A stretch of 63,851 nucleotides of DNA, the filler included, from an uncultured Methanosarcinales archaeon (GTDB lineage: Archaea; Nanobdellota; Nanobdellia; Woesearchaeales; CAYSVS01), in the NCBI GenBank assembly GCA_964434475.1. It is 6 parts of 6 records of this genome, joined end to end, with 100 filler letters (N's around TTAATTAATTAA, not from the genome) between each part and the next. Parts side by side here need not be neighbours in the genome. Positions count along the whole stretch, not along the records: positions 57,999 to 63,851 come from CAYSVS010000068.1; 5 more parts are not named here. One strand, given 5' to 3'. Below the pieces are notes generated by a model that saw only the letters and a program-made list of their open reading frames with translations, was not told the DNA's origin and ran no database searches. The position numbers and the translations under genes were made by a program. Shown here in pieces: positions 61,381 through 63,851 of this stretch. The number at the start of each line of letters is the position of its first letter. Within the stretch, counting starts at the first letter, position 1.

Positions 61381-62316
61381 TTACAGCATTTCTATAACTG
61401 GCTTAAGAAAAGAATATTTTATCTTATCTACCTTATATGCTTTTTTCAGATATTTTATAGCTTTATGGTTGTCATCTAATATGTTGCAGCATGTTCCTGC
61501 TCTTATATAGATATCTCCTTTTATCATATTTGGAATCTCTATATTTTTGTATATGTTCAATGCTTTTTCAATACCTTTCTTGCTGTCTTTTAAACCATTG
61601 ATCATATCATATACTGCTTTGTCCATCATTGCATTTGCTTTTAGTATTATGGTCATAGGATCTTTGTTTAATTCATATGCTTTTGTAAACGCTTTTACTG
61701 CGTCTTCGTATTCATTGCAGTCTAACATACAAACTCCTATTTTAGTGTATATCTCTGCTCCTTTATTCTGGATAAACTCGTCATCTCCAATAATCAGGTT
61801 ATATTTTTCATCAAGTATCTCTTCTATTGGTATTATTCTTGTTGTATTATCGTATTTTTTAGACTTAAAGCAGCAATCAACAAGCTTAAGATATGCTTCT
61901 CCCAGATCTTTTAGGTTTTCTGGAAATTTTAAGATTATAGATTCTATGATGTTATCCAGTGTCTTTTCTGCAATACTGAATTCATTATAGTTTATCATAG
62001 CATCTACGTACTTGAAAGCATCAGTTATCTCTGAAAGATCTTCTATACCCTTTTCATATTTTTCGACGAATGAGAACATAAAGTCAAACAGAAAATTTAT
62101 GCTTTCTTGGTTATGTGTTGTTTTCTTACCATTATTATTTTCTACTAAAATGTTGCTATGTCCTGATTCCTTTATCTTTAATATTAGTTCTGCCGGACTA
62201 TTAACAGTATATAGTTTTCTTTGTTTAGTATCTTTGACTAAGAAATATGCCAATTTATCTATGTTTTCTTCTTTATAGCAGCTTGCTAATATGTGCATAT
62301 AATCTTCTTCCATCAT
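61381..62316 (-). CDS. TPR-repeat protein
   Basis: IYTKIG...YEDAVKAFTKAYEL and a second TPR-like repeat. Confidence 0.75.
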   Translation of the reverse strand: MMEEDYMHILASCYKEENIDKLAYFLVKDTKQRKLYTVNSPAELILKIKESGHSNILVENNNGKKTTHNQESINFLFDFMFSFVEKYEKGIEDLSEITDAFKYVDAMINYNEFSIAEKTLDNIIESIILKFPENLKDLGEAYLKLVDCCFKSKKYDNTTRIIPIEEILDEKYNLIIGDDEFIQNKGAEIYTKIGVCMLDCNEYEDAVKAFTKAYELNKDPMTIILKANAMMDKAVYDMINGLKDSKKGIEKALNIYKNIEIPNMIKGDIYIRAGTCCNILDDNHKAIKYLKKAYKVDKIKYSFLKPVIEML

Positions 62317-62616
62317 ATCATATAAACTACGCTTATTTATAAAAATAACTGTTAAGTAGTAACAAAAGATTAAAGTTTAATGCAGATAATCTTTAGATAT
62401 TTTATCATCATAAAGATTATCATATGATAAGAATTCGATAGGCAGGATATATTTGCTTTGTTTTAGTTCTCCTGGCGTTTCACCACTTTCAATATCTGAT
62501 TCTTTTATCCTATCTTCTAATTTGTCTAATGTTTTTGTTATCCAATCTTCCATGATTATATATTCGTAAGATGGCTTGTTAATTGTTATGAATAGAAAAA
62601 ACAGATGTATATACAT

Positions 62617-63729
62617 TTAATTTAAATTTACATCTGAAAAATTATGCTTTAAGCTCTTGTAAAAATTATTATATTCTTTATTTTCACTAAGTATGCTATT
62701 ATATTTTTGAGCAAAATTCATTGCAAAAGATGTATTGTTTTTTCCTAAATTTTCCTTGTCCCTGATCATATATATAATTACATCTTTTATTTTATCGATT
62801 CCTTGTTTTCCTGTTTGGTCTATTTCAGCAATCATCTTATAGTATTTTTCGTAATTATGATCTTCTATTGCGCTATAGAAGTTTTCTCTGATTCCATCTT
62901 CTGATAATAAGTGTTGTATCCTATTTTGTTTCTTTTCATGTTTTTGTTTCTCGATATTTTTCATCCTTATTTGATATAATGTGGGACTGAGAAACCTTAG
63001 TATATTTGTCATGATCTTCCTTGATTTATCAGAATGTAGTTCTGGTTTTTTTCCTATCATCAACCCATTTCTTTCTCCATATCTTATTATGTCCTTTGTT
63101 TTTTTTGATGTTGTATCATCAAGCTTTTTTGTTCTGAAGTATCTGTTGAAATCTATTAGGTCTATCATTTCTTTTAAAGGAATCATGTCTGTGCTTATCT
63201 TGAATTCTTTTTTAAGTGCATCTGCAAATTCCCTGGCTTCTTTTTGCCTTTTTATGAGTTTCTCTTTACTTTTGAAATATTTTTTAAAATCCTTATAATT
63301 CTGTCCAAGTATTATATTTCCAATTTTATCTATATTTTGTTCGTAATCTTTAAAGATCAAAGGTGCGTATATGGAAAATAAACCTAATGATAATGCTAGA
63401 GAGTTTATTCTTTTATCTCCTAAGTTATTTTCCCAAGTATCAACAATGTAATCTGTAATCTCATAGCCTTTTTTATCATTAAAGGTTGTATAGTTAAGGA
63501 ATTGTTTGATTACCTCGTTTTCAAGTTCATCTACGGATTTAACATTATTTAGCATATCTATTTCTTTATTCTTCATTTGTTCTTTAAATCCTTCTAAATG
63601 GCTTTCTAAGCCTTGAGATTTAGAAAAAAAGAAGTTATTGTTCTGATAAATACTTGTAGAAAAAACATGAATCTTAAGTCTTGCTTTCTGTTTTTCTCCT
63701 TCACTAAATATTATTCTATCTATGTCCAT
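62617..63729 (-). CDS. Hypothetical protein
   Basis: 370-aa ORF with GGAGG RBS. Confidence 0.7.
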   Translation of the reverse strand: MDIDRIIFSEGEKQKARLKIHVFSTSIYQNNNFFFSKSQGLESHLEGFKEQMKNKEIDMLNNVKSVDELENEVIKQFLNYTTFNDKKGYEITDYIVDTWENNLGDKRINSLALSLGLFSIYAPLIFKDYEQNIDKIGNIILGQNYKDFKKYFKSKEKLIKRQKEAREFADALKKEFKISTDMIPLKEMIDLIDFNRYFRTKKLDDTTSKKTKDIIRYGERNGLMIGKKPELHSDKSRKIMTNILRFLSPTLYQIRMKNIEKQKHEKKQNRIQHLLSEDGIRENFYSAIEDHNYEKYYKMIAEIDQTGKQGIDKIKDVIIYMIRDKENLGKNNTSFAMNFAQKYNSILSENKEYNNFYKSLKHNFSDVNLN

Positions 63730-63798
63730 ATTCCCTCCCTTTTTTTCAATATATTAATGTCTATACTGATATATAAATGTTTTCTTTTTTAAATGAAT

Positions 63799-63851
63799 AT
63801 GTACGATTTGAAAATTCTTGCAATTTCTATATTTATTAATTTTGCAATATT
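63799..63851. mobile_element. Repeated element end (probable IS terminus)
   Basis: Matches 57858-57898. Confidence 0.65.

Overview
Low-GC archaeal sequence, most likely a DPANN lineage such as Woesearchaeota. This is inferred from rpl10e, aEF-1beta, Trm1, archaeal-type TPI, bacterial-type GAPDH and a DPANN-style DGR target gene. The window is six separate contigs joined by artificial 100-nt N/TTAATTAATTAA linkers (12051-12150, 23625-23724, 35198-35297, 46726-46825, 57899-57998), so adjacency across linkers means nothing. Ordinary content includes a lipoate cluster, deoB/gap/tpiA, a DUF134-NifX-MinD-ferredoxin cluster, tRNA-Thr(CGT), translation genes, a PAPS (cysDNCQ)/sulfotransferase/glycosyltransferase locus and argS. 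The main finding is at 1-9139: a tandem array of five unrelated gene cassettes. They are separated by hairpin junctions built from Xer/dif-like 11-bp arms (ATTGAACTTAA-GA...TC-TTA), and the array ends at an 11-6-11 dif-like site (ATTGGATATAA GACCTA TTATGCGCATT). Each cassette is closed by 1-3 nested, cassette-specific long-range inverted repeats. The mismatches I checked in these repeats are G-T wobbles on one strand, which points to a folded single-stranded DNA intermediate. A restriction-modification island on another contig (30265-35171) has the same architecture at a second dif-like site. No integrase is in the window. My inference is an integron-like or IMEX-like cassette system driven by the host XerA, carrying defence-type cargo and an orphan DGR target gene.
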